From assembly GCA_965226795.1 (NCBI GenBank), contig CBDDDZ010000002.1, forward strand, positions 32,001-96,000: a stretch of 64,000 nt of DNA. The letters are read 5' to 3'. Below the pieces are notes generated by a model. It made no database searches. It worked only from the letters and a program-made list of their open reading frames with translations, and was not told where the DNA came from. Of the stretch, positions 17,853 through 27,516 are shown one piece after another (the first letter of the stretch is position 1; each line of letters begins with the position of its first letter). This DNA comes from Candidatus Latescibacterota bacterium (lineage in GTDB: Bacteria; Latescibacterota; UBA2968; GCA-2709665). Both the position numbers and the translations under genes were made by a program.

Positions 17853-19427
17853 TCACGACGCGGATGCCAACCGGCCCCGTACAACCTGCTTCTGAATTTT
17901 ACCGACCGACGTTCTCGGCAACGCATCCACAAACTCGATCCGGTCCGGCACCTTGAACGCCGCGAGCCGTTTCGCGCAATAGGACCGTATGGCTTCACCG
18001 CTCAGAACTGCTTCCGGTTTCGACACGACGGCCGCAACGACGCGTTCGTCCCGAATCTCGTCAGGCAGGCCCACAACGCAGACATCGGTGACACCTTCGC
18101 ATTCCTGAATCACGCCCTCCACTTCGATGCTGGAGATATTTTCTCCGGCACGCCTGATCAGATCCTTTCCCCGATCCAGAAAATACAGAAACCCTTCTTC
18201 ATCCGCACGAACCGTATCCCCTGAATACAGCCAGGTCCCGTCCGGATGGCTTCGCAGGGTTTCGGCCGTTGCCCGGGGGTTTTTCAGATAACCCAGCATG
18301 ATCGTTCGTCCCGGAATCCCCTTCACAATCACTTCGCCGGGCGTGCCGGCACCCGCCTCCTCACCCGTTTCGTCCACCACCTTCACTTCATACCCGGGCA
18401 CCGGCTTCCCCATTGCAGCGAGGTTGCGACCGCCCGTCAACGGACTCATCACGGGGAGGCCGCACGTTTCCGTCATCCCCCACAACTGCTGCAACGGCGA
18501 CCTGAACCGTCGATGCCAGGACTCGTACTGCACCGGAGTCAGATTCTGGGCGAACGTGATGTTCCGCATCCCATGGGCCGCGTCGGTCTTCCGCTCCGGC
18601 TGGTTCAGCAGCATCCGCAACAATGCTCCGAACATGGCGGCCATGGTGCAGCCGTATTCGATGGCCTGTTCAAAAAACCGGCTCGCGCTGAACCGGGCCA
18701 TCACCGCCACGCTCGCGCCGGTCACGAGGGACGGCCACAACGCGTGGCATTGCGCCCCCGCGTGAAAGAGCGGAAGCGCCACCAGGTGCCGGTCCTCCCG
18801 CCGCAAACCGGAACACGCAGCGAACACCTCGGCGCCGTAGACGAAGCAGGCGTTGGTCAGCATCACCCCTTTGGGCCGCGACGTGGTACCCGACGTATAT
18901 AGGAGTTGCACGACACGCTCCGCCGCACCGGCCCCATCCGGCGGTTCGACGCTCTGTCCGGACAGTGCTTCTTCATAAACCGGGTATTCACCGGGTACAC
19001 CTTCGCCCGTATTGCACACCACCGGAACGATATTTGAATCCGCCGCAACCCGGTTCGCCGCCTCCAGGCATCCTGCCTCCGTAAACATCAACTTGCTCTC
19101 GGAATGCCCTACCAGGTACGCCAGTTCATCCGCGGTAGAAGCCGGATTCGTGGGCATTGCCGTTGCGCCCAGGTACGATGCGGAAAGTATCAGCTGCGCG
19201 TAGGCGGGATGGTTGGACAGATGCAGATTGAAAACGTCTCCCTCACGGATTCCCATCTCACGCAGGAGATTGGCCGCCTGATGAACGCTCTGCAGGAACG
19301 CGGCGTACGTCCATCGGAAAACGCGCCCGTCTCCCCGTTCGTACACCATCCACTCCCGATCCGGCTGTTTCCCGGCGAAACCCGCGAAATCCAGGTACAG
19401 CGTTCGATCCGCCGCAACGTCGATCAT
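17853..19427 (-). CDS. Acyl-CoA ligase, crotonobetaine/carnitine-CoA ligase (CaiC)-like
   Basis: YTSGTTSRPKGV, WGMTET, YSGD, RAGENISSIEVE, PRTSVGK. Start MIDVAA overlaps the upstream stop (ATGA). Confidence 0.88.
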   Translation of the reverse strand: MIDVAADRTLYLDFAGFAGKQPDREWMVYERGDGRVFRWTYAAFLQSVHQAANLLREMGIREGDVFNLHLSNHPAYAQLILSASYLGATAMPTNPASTADELAYLVGHSESKLMFTEAGCLEAANRVAADSNIVPVVCNTGEGVPGEYPVYEEALSGQSVEPPDGAGAAERVVQLLYTSGTTSRPKGVMLTNACFVYGAEVFAACSGLRREDRHLVALPLFHAGAQCHALWPSLVTGASVAVMARFSASRFFEQAIEYGCTMAAMFGALLRMLLNQPERKTDAAHGMRNITFAQNLTPVQYESWHRRFRSPLQQLWGMTETCGLPVMSPLTGGRNLAAMGKPVPGYEVKVVDETGEEAGAGTPGEVIVKGIPGRTIMLGYLKNPRATAETLRSHPDGTWLYSGDTVRADEEGFLYFLDRGKDLIRRAGENISSIEVEGVIQECEGVTDVCVVGLPDEIRDERVVAAVVSKPEAVLSGEAIRSYCAKRLAAFKVPDRIEFVDALPRTSVGKIQKQVVRGRLASAS

Positions 19428-20176
19428 CGGTTTTTCTTCCGTGCAATGAACGCGGCCACGTTCGCGCGGGCTTCGTCCGTACCGAAACAAAGCTCGAAGG
19501 CCTCTGACGCGGCGGTATCCCACCTTGCGTCGCGAGGCGAGGATATCCGGTTCAGCAGGGCCTTGGTCTCTCTCAGCGCCACCGGCGGAAACGACGCGAG
19601 ACGCAGCGCAAATGCCCTGACCCGATCCCTCAACGCGTCGTCCGCAACGCAGTCGTGCACCAGGCCGAGACACTTTGCCTCGTCGCCGGTTACCGTCTCG
19701 CACCCCATCGCGATCCACCTTGCGGCCGCTCCGCCAACGACGTCGACCAGCCGTCCGATCCCCCACGGCGGCGTCCATCCCAGTTTCACTTCCGGCATCC
19801 CCAGCCTTGCCGATACAGCTGCGATCCGGAAGTCATGATACAGCGCCATTCCCACTCCGCCGCCGAGTACGTAACCGCGCAACATGGCGACGGTCGGTTG
19901 GGGTATCGCATCCAACAGGGCGAATGCATTCTCATGTTCCCGTTCCACGGCCGCGGCCTCCGCGGGAGGCAACTCCGCCAGGTCCGCCAGATCACTCCCC
20001 GCACAGAACGCCCGACCCGCGCCTTCGGTTACCACTACCCGGACGTCCTCCCGTTCGCGCATCCCTGCAAGGTGCGCGGCCAGCGCCCGCACACTTCCGA
20101 GATCCATCGCGTTCAACACCTCGGGCCGGTTCAGCGTCAGCCAGGCAATTCCGTTTTCAATCGTAAGGTCGATCAT
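19424..20176 (-). CDS. Enoyl-CoA hydratase/isomerase family protein
   Basis: LTLNRPEVLNA, AFCAGSDL, GYVLGGG, GMPEVKLG. Confidence 0.92.
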   Translation of the reverse strand: MIDLTIENGIAWLTLNRPEVLNAMDLGSVRALAAHLAGMREREDVRVVVTEGAGRAFCAGSDLADLAELPPAEAAAVEREHENAFALLDAIPQPTVAMLRGYVLGGGVGMALYHDFRIAAVSARLGMPEVKLGWTPPWGIGRLVDVVGGAAARWIAMGCETVTGDEAKCLGLVHDCVADDALRDRVRAFALRLASFPPVALRETKALLNRISSPRDARWDTAASEAFELCFGTDEARANVAAFIARKKNR

Positions 20177-20183
20177 CGCAGTC

Positions 20184-20678
20184 TTATGTGTATTTCTTCG
20201 GATAATCGTACGATACCATCCGCCCGACACCGCCCGATACCTGCGCCCAGGAATCGACCTCCAGATCTACGCAACACACGGCGCAGGTTTGCATATAAAC
20301 GGCCGAATCTGAAGCGAGATGACCGGCCAACTCCGAAAAGCCCGGATTGTGTCCTACCACGATCACTTCGCCACAAACATCCGGGAGCTCCCTCACCACG
20401 CCAATCAGATCGTGCAGGCTCGCATGGTAAATCGCCATCTCCTCAATGATTCTCCCCGTTGGGATTCCCAATGCCTTCGCAATCGCGCGGGCCGTTTTTA
20501 CGGCACGTTTTGCAGGACTCGAGACGATAATATCGGGTTTCGCCCCGTCTTTTTTCAGACGCGTGCCCATTAACGGCGCGTCCTGCTTGCCGCGTTTGTT
20601 CAACGGGCGATCGAAATCACTCAGCCCCGGATCGCTCCAACTCGACTTCGCATGCCGGATCACATAAAGCCGTTTCAT
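20184..20678 (-). CDS. sixA: Phosphohistidine phosphatase, SixA-like
   Basis: IRHAKSSW..DFDRPLNKRG..SSPAKRA..VVGHNPG. Confidence 0.85.
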   Translation of the reverse strand: MKRLYVIRHAKSSWSDPGLSDFDRPLNKRGKQDAPLMGTRLKKDGAKPDIIVSSPAKRAVKTARAIAKALGIPTGRIIEEMAIYHASLHDLIGVVRELPDVCGEVIVVGHNPGFSELAGHLASDSAVYMQTCAVCCVDLEVDSWAQVSGGVGRMVSYDYPKKYT

Positions 20679-20736
20679 ACAGTACCGCCCCCAACTCGTA
20701 TCGATGATAGCTCTGTGCGGACTTGATGCGGTCGGT

Positions 20737-22800
20737 CTACGATGTTTCCGTCTTTTTCAAAGGATTGTCCGAGGAGATATCCCGGGCGCGCGCCGGGGAT
20801 CGACGGACAGCGTCGTCCCGTGCCAGGTCTGGCAGCGGGTGTGGCATTTCCGGATCGGGCGCCGGTCTGTTGGAATCCCAGACCAGCCTGGGACCGCCTT
20901 CAAGCCCTCGAATATGTCCCGTCTCCCTCTCCCGCGGGTATCCCAGACAATGAGAAACATAAGTCACGCCGTCAATCTCGCGAAAACGGTTTCGATGCTG
21001 ATGACCGTAAACGTGAATGGTGGACCCCAGTCGCCGAACCTGTGCATCCAGACGCCCGCACCCGGCCACCCGGCTGAAGTTGAACGCGGGATGGGGATCC
21101 GCCAACGATTTGCCGGACAGCCATTGTTCGGGTATGCCGGATATCAGTTCCCGTCTTGGCAGGAAGTGGCTGAACGAAATTACCGGCGCATCGTATTCCC
21201 CCAAGACGTAGCTCTCGTTCACGCGAAGGAAAAATTCCGCGGCCGGCCTCGCGGTCCCCGGCCATCTGACGAAGTGGTCATCGCTCCACATTGACAGTGT
21301 CATGTCTTCGCCAACCTTGAGTCCCCTCCGAAAACGGGGGTTATAAAAGCCCAGGGTTGGGTATTGTGATTTAGCGTGTGGCGACGATATAACGTGTAGG
21401 TGCGGCAAATCAACTCAGGGTCAACCGAAGTTGCTCAGGGCGTATGGTATGGAGGTTTTTCGCAAGAAAACCCCTCTTATGCGAGCGGGTGTTGTGAGGT
21501 GTTTTTGATCCGAACCAGGTTGACCCATAGGGCACGACAGTGCGCCCACAATTGGTGTGGCCTGTCGGATAGCGCGTCAGTTCCCGTCGACATTGTTGCT
21601 CGGCGGAAGTTTCGATGTGCTGTTCTTTAAAGTATGACCATGATGATTTTGTATTTTCCCGGTTTGTACTATGTGAACCTCTCCGGTTTGTTGATCAATG
21701 ACGGTGACGCCGTCTTCTGTGCGTTCATAAATGAAACGTCCTGGGGTTCCTTGCAGGCCCGAATTGCTTGTCCTGTTCTTTTGCATACTCGGCGTTGGAT
21801 TGACGCCCCATCCATTGACACTTCCAAGACGCCACCTGTTGCGTCCGCTCGATGGACAAACGCATTGTCCGTCGTCGCGGTTTGACGTCAACGTCCGTGA
21901 TCAAATTGAGGCCGTCCTCACCACAGGTCTCGGTGAGGTTGGTATCCTTTGACCGTCCTTCCCTTTCCTGACAGATGCAAGGAGGATGAGGGATCATCGC
22001 TCCGATAAAACGATTGACAGTGTCCATCGCTTGTCTTCGCCAATTGTTCGGGTATGACCATATACAACCTGATCGGGTCACCTTGAGTTCCCGTCTTCCA
22101 ACGACCCCCAGAACGCAGCAACTCACCACCAACTGCAACGACAACACAGGGCAATGTTCGATCCGATCGAACTTACTGTCCATTCGAGAGGGCGACCCAA
22201 TACACCATACAGCGCCATCTGCCAATATTCCCGGCCCTGCCGTAGGTCTCGTTCACGCGAATCGATAGAATTCCGCGGCCGGCCTCGCGACGTCCCCGGC
22301 CATCTGACGAAGTGGTCTTGAAATCGCTCCACATCCGGTTGGCTGCATGACAGAGACCCGCGGGGTCGGCCAACCTTGGGTACATATAAACTGTCGGGTC
22401 CCTCCTCGGGTTTCATATACCACGAAAAGAGAGGGACGATCCACACGCCATTGCCATTTCCGGCCCTGCCGGGTCGCGTCCTGACATCGAGACTGTCGCA
22501 AAGGGCAAGCACCCGATCGAATTTTCCCAGAGACCCGCGGGGCGGCCCCGTTCCCCGGATCCACAACTCATGGTTTCCCGGGACGAAAAAAACGCTCGCG
22601 AACCTGGAGCGCAAACCGGCCAGTGCAGACGCCAACCGGTCCATGCGGTCGCTCACGTCTCCGGCCAGAATCAATACATCCCGCTGGAAATCGGACTCGG
22701 AGAGCGCCTGGATCCAGGTCAGATTCAGCCCCGAGTCCACGTGGACGTCCGACAGCGCGAAAACGCGCCCCCCGTCTTCGTTTTTCTCGCCCATGACCAT
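20737..22800 (-). pseudogene. Calcineurin-like metallophosphoesterase split by a ~1.06 kb scrambled segment (probably an intact gene in vivo)
   Basis: N-half (22800 to ~22370) has SDVHVD, AGD, PGNHELW. C-half (~21320-20737) has SHFLP, VYGHQH. The halves join at a shared CAAGGTTGGC (KVG). Confidence 0.75.
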
Positions 22801-22909
22801 CTCTCGTTCAGACCGGAGACAAGGAACCGCACACCGTCGGCCGGCGCCCCCGGGAATGCCCTCACGGCATTCCGACGAAATCACAAGAACCGAAGCGGAC
22901 TTGCCTGCT

Positions 22910-23560
22910 TTATCCCGCCATCACCCGGCACACCGCCCGGGAACCGGCGTCGCAGTACCAGAACGCCCCGTCCCACATCGTCATCCCGTGCGGCTCAGGA
23001 TAGTCTTCGGGAATCTTGATCTTTTCGCGGATCGCTCCATTCGCCGCGTTCAACCGGTAAATTGCACGGTGACCGGTTTCGACACACCAGAGGTCGCTGC
23101 CCTCCCACGCGATACCGTGCGGCCTTTCCCCGGGAGCGGGAATCGAGTGTACCACTTCGAAGCCGCGCTCCGGATCCACCTCATATATCGTCGCCGACGG
23201 CGGCACGGCCATCCACAGGCGTCCGTCGCGCATCTCCAGGCCGTGGGCCCCTGTCACATCCGCGCCAGGGGTATCGAAGTGTTGCAATGTTTCGCCGTTC
23301 TGCCGATCTATTCGAAGTATCTGCCGGTTATAGGTGGATGCCAGCCACAGCGCCGACTCCGACTCCGTAATCCCGCTCCCGCGATCCGACCCCGTATCCA
23401 TTGTCTTTAATACTTCACCCGAGAAGGAAACCAGATCAACCTGGTTCGTTTTCTGATCCAGAATCCAGATTCCGTCCCGCGTTGCCTGCATGCCGTTCGG
23501 CTGCGGCCCGGGCGCGTCGAATTCGTGTGTAATTTCCACCATGTCAGCATTCCATGTCAC
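22910..23560 (-). CDS. Beta-propeller protein (glutaminyl cyclase/NHL/Vgb-like repeats)
   Basis: Repeats P-[NH]-G-x-x-x-x-x-x-[LI]W (PNGMQ, AHGLE, PHGIAW, PHGMTMW). Confidence 0.65.
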   Translation of the reverse strand: MTWNADMVEITHEFDAPGPQPNGMQATRDGIWILDQKTNQVDLVSFSGEVLKTMDTGSDRGSGITESESALWLASTYNRQILRIDRQNGETLQHFDTPGADVTGAHGLEMRDGRLWMAVPPSATIYEVDPERGFEVVHSIPAPGERPHGIAWEGSDLWCVETGHRAIYRLNAANGAIREKIKIPEDYPEPHGMTMWDGAFWYCDAGSRAVCRVMAG

Positions 23561-23615
23561 TCGATTATTCCTTTCCGCGATTCGTCCTCGTCCAGTCTAA
23601 TTCACCCCGGACGCG

Positions 23616-24440
23616 CTACGCCACCTTCGTTGACGCCATATTCATCAATCCGATAATGCTGTCGGGGTGCTCGTCGCGGGTACGGAATCCCGGGGTATCG
23701 CCGCGCCTTCTGTAGCGTGCGGTACGAACGTAAGGCGGATTCATTTCAGGGTATCGGAAAGCCGCCCGATTCGTCTTCAGCTTCTCGATCGCCTCATGGG
23801 CTCCATCGCGGATCAGCGCGCGGGACCTCGCCGGCGCAAGGTTGACAGCGCTCAGCTTCGCGCGGCCGTACGCTTCGGCATCCAGATCATCCAGACCGTC
23901 GGGAAGCAGACCGCGCTTGACGCCCACCGTTACCACGCCGGGCGTAAGCGCCTCCGCCTCCTTCGCAAATGCCTGTTCGCCCGCCGCGAAAATCGTGGGC
24001 ACTCCCAGTTCCATCGCACACAACACGAGTTGCCCGTATTCACCAATCGAAATCCCGTTGATCGCATAGTCCACGCAGGCGAAACTTCCCGTATGGGTCA
24101 GGTGCGAATAGGGTGTACCCGCCTTCGCGTGCTGCCCCACGTATGCCAGGCCCTGGTAAGACCCATCCAGACTCCAGGGCCAGATCGGATCCGCGTGGCC
24201 CCGCATCACCTGAGCGCGCTCGTCCAGCAGCTCAGGATCCATCGCACCGTGCCCGTGTCCGTCGACTACCAGGATCTCTTCCGCGCCGCCTTCGCAAAAC
24301 CCGTCCACCGCGGCGTTAACCTCCAGCGTCAGGAGTCTCTTCGCTTTATCGTAATACATCGCGCCCGGCGTGCACCAGTCCTCGAAATTGAGAATGCCCG
24401 CCACGCCCTCCAGATCCGTCATAAGCATCAGCTTCACCAT
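23616..24440 (-). CDS. M55 family metallopeptidase (D-aminopeptidase DppA-like)
   Basis: MTDLEGVAG, EVNAAVDG, VVDGHG, VGQHAKAG, HLTHT, IGEYG. Confidence 0.88.
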   Translation of the reverse strand: MVKLMLMTDLEGVAGILNFEDWCTPGAMYYDKAKRLLTLEVNAAVDGFCEGGAEEILVVDGHGHGAMDPELLDERAQVMRGHADPIWPWSLDGSYQGLAYVGQHAKAGTPYSHLTHTGSFACVDYAINGISIGEYGQLVLCAMELGVPTIFAAGEQAFAKEAEALTPGVVTVGVKRGLLPDGLDDLDAEAYGRAKLSAVNLAPARSRALIRDGAHEAIEKLKTNRAAFRYPEMNPPYVRTARYRRRGDTPGFRTRDEHPDSIIGLMNMASTKVA

Positions 24441-24477
24441 CGATCTCCCGTTACTATGAATTTATCGCAATGCATGT

Positions 24478-25671
24478 TCACGCCTGGCGCCCGACCCAGA
24501 GGTCGTTAAAGCCCGTCACGGGCCCGTCGTTTTTCGGTCCGCTTGCCAGGTCCAGCCCGCCGAACAGATACACCGATTCATCCAGGGCCACCATGCCCGG
24601 CACCCGCCGTACGCCCGGATACGCCGCGGATTCCGAGTAGTCTTTCGATCCGTCGTGCGCCTGGAGGCAGGTCCAGTCCCCGGTATTCAGATTCACACAC
24701 CAGAGATCGTTCAGTTGCGGTCCATTCACTTCTTCCGGCATGAAGGTACCCTGCGGTCCGAACCCGCCGAAAACGTACCATCGATCTCCTATCCGGGCCG
24801 AACCCTGGCCGTAACGGGCGGAAGGCCGGTTTGCCGCCTCGAAGTCATTTTTCGCGAGGCAGGTCCATACCCGGGTATCCGGATCGAACCGCCAGAGATC
24901 GTTATGGAATTGCGGATCCCGGTCCTGCGTATCCCGTCCTCCCCAAAGATATATACGACCCTGGCAGGCCGTCATCGACGCGACGTACCGTTTCGGCGGC
25001 CAGGCCGCGTCATCCGCTGTTTCGATCCGCTCCCACGTCCCCGTACCCGTATCGTAAGTCCAGAGTTGCCTGCTCAGCACCGCGGTCTCCACCGTCGGTG
25101 GAAGCGGCGCCCGGTGGCCCCATCCGCCGAACAGATAGATCTTCCTCCCGATAACGGCCGTTCCGAACCCACCCATGGTGGTCGGCCGACCCCGACCCGC
25201 GCAGTCAGGGTGCTCCATCAGGAGGCCGTCGTCGGGCTCGAGCAGCGTCCAGCGCGCTTCCGCAGGATCGTACATCCACAGGTCGTTCAACAGGGTGAAC
25301 TTCCATCCCTCGCTCAGGATCGACAACCCGCCGAACAAATAGAACCGGTCGTCTATTTCAACCCATGCCGGCAACATGCGAGCGCACGGACGTTCTGCCG
25401 AGATGTCGAACCCGGCCGCACCGTCGTTCTCTTCCAGCCGGGTCCATTTCCCGACCGACGGATCGTACGCCCACAGGTCGTTCAGTGCGCCCAGCGTGGA
25501 CTTGTTGCCCTGTCCGGACGACGCGCCGTATCTGAGCGTACCGCCACCAAACATGAAGATCCGTCCATGGTAGGCCAGCATGGCGCCAGGCGCCTCCCTG
25601 GCACAGGGCACGTCGACATCTGTCGACTCGACCTCCGGATGACAGAGGCGCCATTTGAATGTTGAACTCAT
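24478..25671 (-). CDS. Kelch-repeat beta-propeller protein
   Basis: Repeated [YF]LFGG..NDLW.YD units. Start trimmed to MSSTFKW. Confidence 0.85.
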   Translation of the reverse strand: MSSTFKWRLCHPEVESTDVDVPCAREAPGAMLAYHGRIFMFGGGTLRYGASSGQGNKSTLGALNDLWAYDPSVGKWTRLEENDGAAGFDISAERPCARMLPAWVEIDDRFYLFGGLSILSEGWKFTLLNDLWMYDPAEARWTLLEPDDGLLMEHPDCAGRGRPTTMGGFGTAVIGRKIYLFGGWGHRAPLPPTVETAVLSRQLWTYDTGTGTWERIETADDAAWPPKRYVASMTACQGRIYLWGGRDTQDRDPQFHNDLWRFDPDTRVWTCLAKNDFEAANRPSARYGQGSARIGDRWYVFGGFGPQGTFMPEEVNGPQLNDLWCVNLNTGDWTCLQAHDGSKDYSESAAYPGVRRVPGMVALDESVYLFGGLDLASGPKNDGPVTGFNDLWVGRQA

Positions 25672-25729
25672 CTGATTTTCGCGCCGCCTTTCCCGGTTTC
25701 CACGCGTATCCGCGTCGCTTGTCGCCGAA

Positions 25730-27430
25730 TCAGTCCACAACCTTCAGGATCAAACGTGAGGCGTATTTCGCGGTGTGATGGACTTCCTGTGTCGCCGTCA
25801 ACAGTTCGGTCTCAGCGAGGTCGTTCCCGCCGGTATTGTGATTCCGGTCGTGGTTCGGAAAATCGCTGCTGGTGATTTCCAGGCGGATCCGGTGCCCCGC
25901 GAGAAACCTGCAGGCCGTCGGCGTCATGCGGATGCGATACTCTGTTACCTCTCCCGGAGTGATGAAATTCTCCTCGTCCATCGACAGCCGGTGCCGTGCA
26001 CGGACCAGCCCATACGCGACGTCCGTCGCCGGACCTTCCGGAACGTCGTCCACAAGCCGGGCGAAAAAATCGGTGTCCGCCGCCGCCGTCGCCGCGTACA
26101 GCACCACTTCGGGACACCCCACGGTTTCCACTTCAATCTCCAGGGGAGGGGTCCGAAAGATCAGGATGTCCTGGCGGTAATCAAGTATCCTCCTGTCCGA
26201 AGGCTCCGTAAACAACGCCCGCGACCAGAGGGTGGGTACCGGGTCGTTCGGATCGTACTCGTACCTATCGGGTTTCCGGCCAGCACCAGGTTCATCCTGC
26301 AGACGTCCGGACCCCGCGGCCAGGTGCGCGTCGCCGTCGCTGTCCAGATAGTAGTCCGCCCGAATCGTTCCCCCGGGGGGCCAGGTCGCCGCCGACTTCC
26401 ATTTGCCCGAGCCCATCACGAAGTACCGCACCGGCGGTTCCCGGTCCACGCCGTTATCGGTATCCTTCAGCCAGCGGTCGAACCACCGGATCATCCGGTC
26501 CTGCATATCCATTTGGGCCTCAGGCCCGAAGTCGATCCCGCCCTGGCGCCGGTTTCCCAGTCCGCTGTGGTTCCACGGCCCGATAACAAGCCGCGTCTGC
26601 GTTTTTGCAATTTTGGTCCGGCCATGTTTCTGCATCAGCCCGAGGTGCGCCATCGTTCCTCCGCAATGGTCGTACCACCCGCTGAAATCCAGGTTAGGGA
26701 CTTCCACCTCCCGGTGCACCTCGTCGAATTTCCAGCACCTGCGGTTCGGATGCCGCAACCAGTCCTCGGCGTACCCTGCCATTCCTTCGGGCAGATAACG
26801 TGGAAAGTCCAACCATGGCATAAAGTAGAGCCAGCGCATATGCTCGATGTTCTCCCAGATTTCCAGTGCCTCTTCCTTGCGATGGGGCCCGGGTGCGCCC
26901 TCCCGCCTGCGGAGGTCCGGCGCGATTGTGCCCATCCACCACTTGATCCGCCGCCCGGGGCGGAAAGATCCCCACCAGTCCACCTCGGTGTTTTCCAGCG
27001 GAATCGACCAGGCGCACATGGCGACCAGGTGCGGCGGCCGGAGCTTTGCAAGCATCCACTGCATCCAGGCGTTGTAAGACCCACCGAACGTGCCGACCCT
27101 TCCGTTACAGAACGGCTGACGCGCCAGCCACTCGACGCTCTCGTAGCCATCCTGCGCATCCGGGGTGCCGCCCTCAACCGTATAGGGAATATACGTCCCT
27201 TCCGACGCATAGCGGCCGCGGGAATCCTGGGTGACCACCGCATAACCGGACTGGACGAACCGCTCGAATCCGCCCTGAGCTTTTCCATACGGGGTTCGCA
27301 TCAGGAGGCCGGGATACCGTCCCGGGGCATCCGGTCTGAACACGTTGGCACGCAGTACCACACCGTCCGACATTTCGACCGGGACGTTTTTCTCCACAAC
27401 AATCTCCCGTACGTCGTCTTTCTCTGTCAT
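25730..27430 (-). CDS. CocE/NonD family hydrolase
   Basis: RTPYGK, QDSRGRYASEG, GGSYNAW nucleophile elbow, GWYD, GPWNH, SSDFP. Start MTEKDD after AAGGAG. Confidence 0.92.
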   Translation of the reverse strand: MTEKDDVREIVVEKNVPVEMSDGVVLRANVFRPDAPGRYPGLLMRTPYGKAQGGFERFVQSGYAVVTQDSRGRYASEGTYIPYTVEGGTPDAQDGYESVEWLARQPFCNGRVGTFGGSYNAWMQWMLAKLRPPHLVAMCAWSIPLENTEVDWWGSFRPGRRIKWWMGTIAPDLRRREGAPGPHRKEEALEIWENIEHMRWLYFMPWLDFPRYLPEGMAGYAEDWLRHPNRRCWKFDEVHREVEVPNLDFSGWYDHCGGTMAHLGLMQKHGRTKIAKTQTRLVIGPWNHSGLGNRRQGGIDFGPEAQMDMQDRMIRWFDRWLKDTDNGVDREPPVRYFVMGSGKWKSAATWPPGGTIRADYYLDSDGDAHLAAGSGRLQDEPGAGRKPDRYEYDPNDPVPTLWSRALFTEPSDRRILDYRQDILIFRTPPLEIEVETVGCPEVVLYAATAAADTDFFARLVDDVPEGPATDVAYGLVRARHRLSMDEENFITPGEVTEYRIRMTPTACRFLAGHRIRLEITSSDFPNHDRNHNTGGNDLAETELLTATQEVHHTAKYASRLILKVVD

Positions 27431-27516
27431 ATCTCTCCTTATGAATCCGAATTGGTCCGGGCATCCACAGGTCGCGCGGCGCCAGGGTTCAGGGCTGCCG
27501 GGAGGCAATCCGAACG

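Noticed and set aside
21577..22225. ORFs 21577-21891 and 21725-22225 as real genes
   Set aside because: They lie in the scrambled segment and have no recognisable motifs.
21207..22334. DGR TR/VR pair or IS with target-site duplication
   Set aside because: The differences are indels rather than adenine substitutions, and there is no transposase or terminal inverted repeat.
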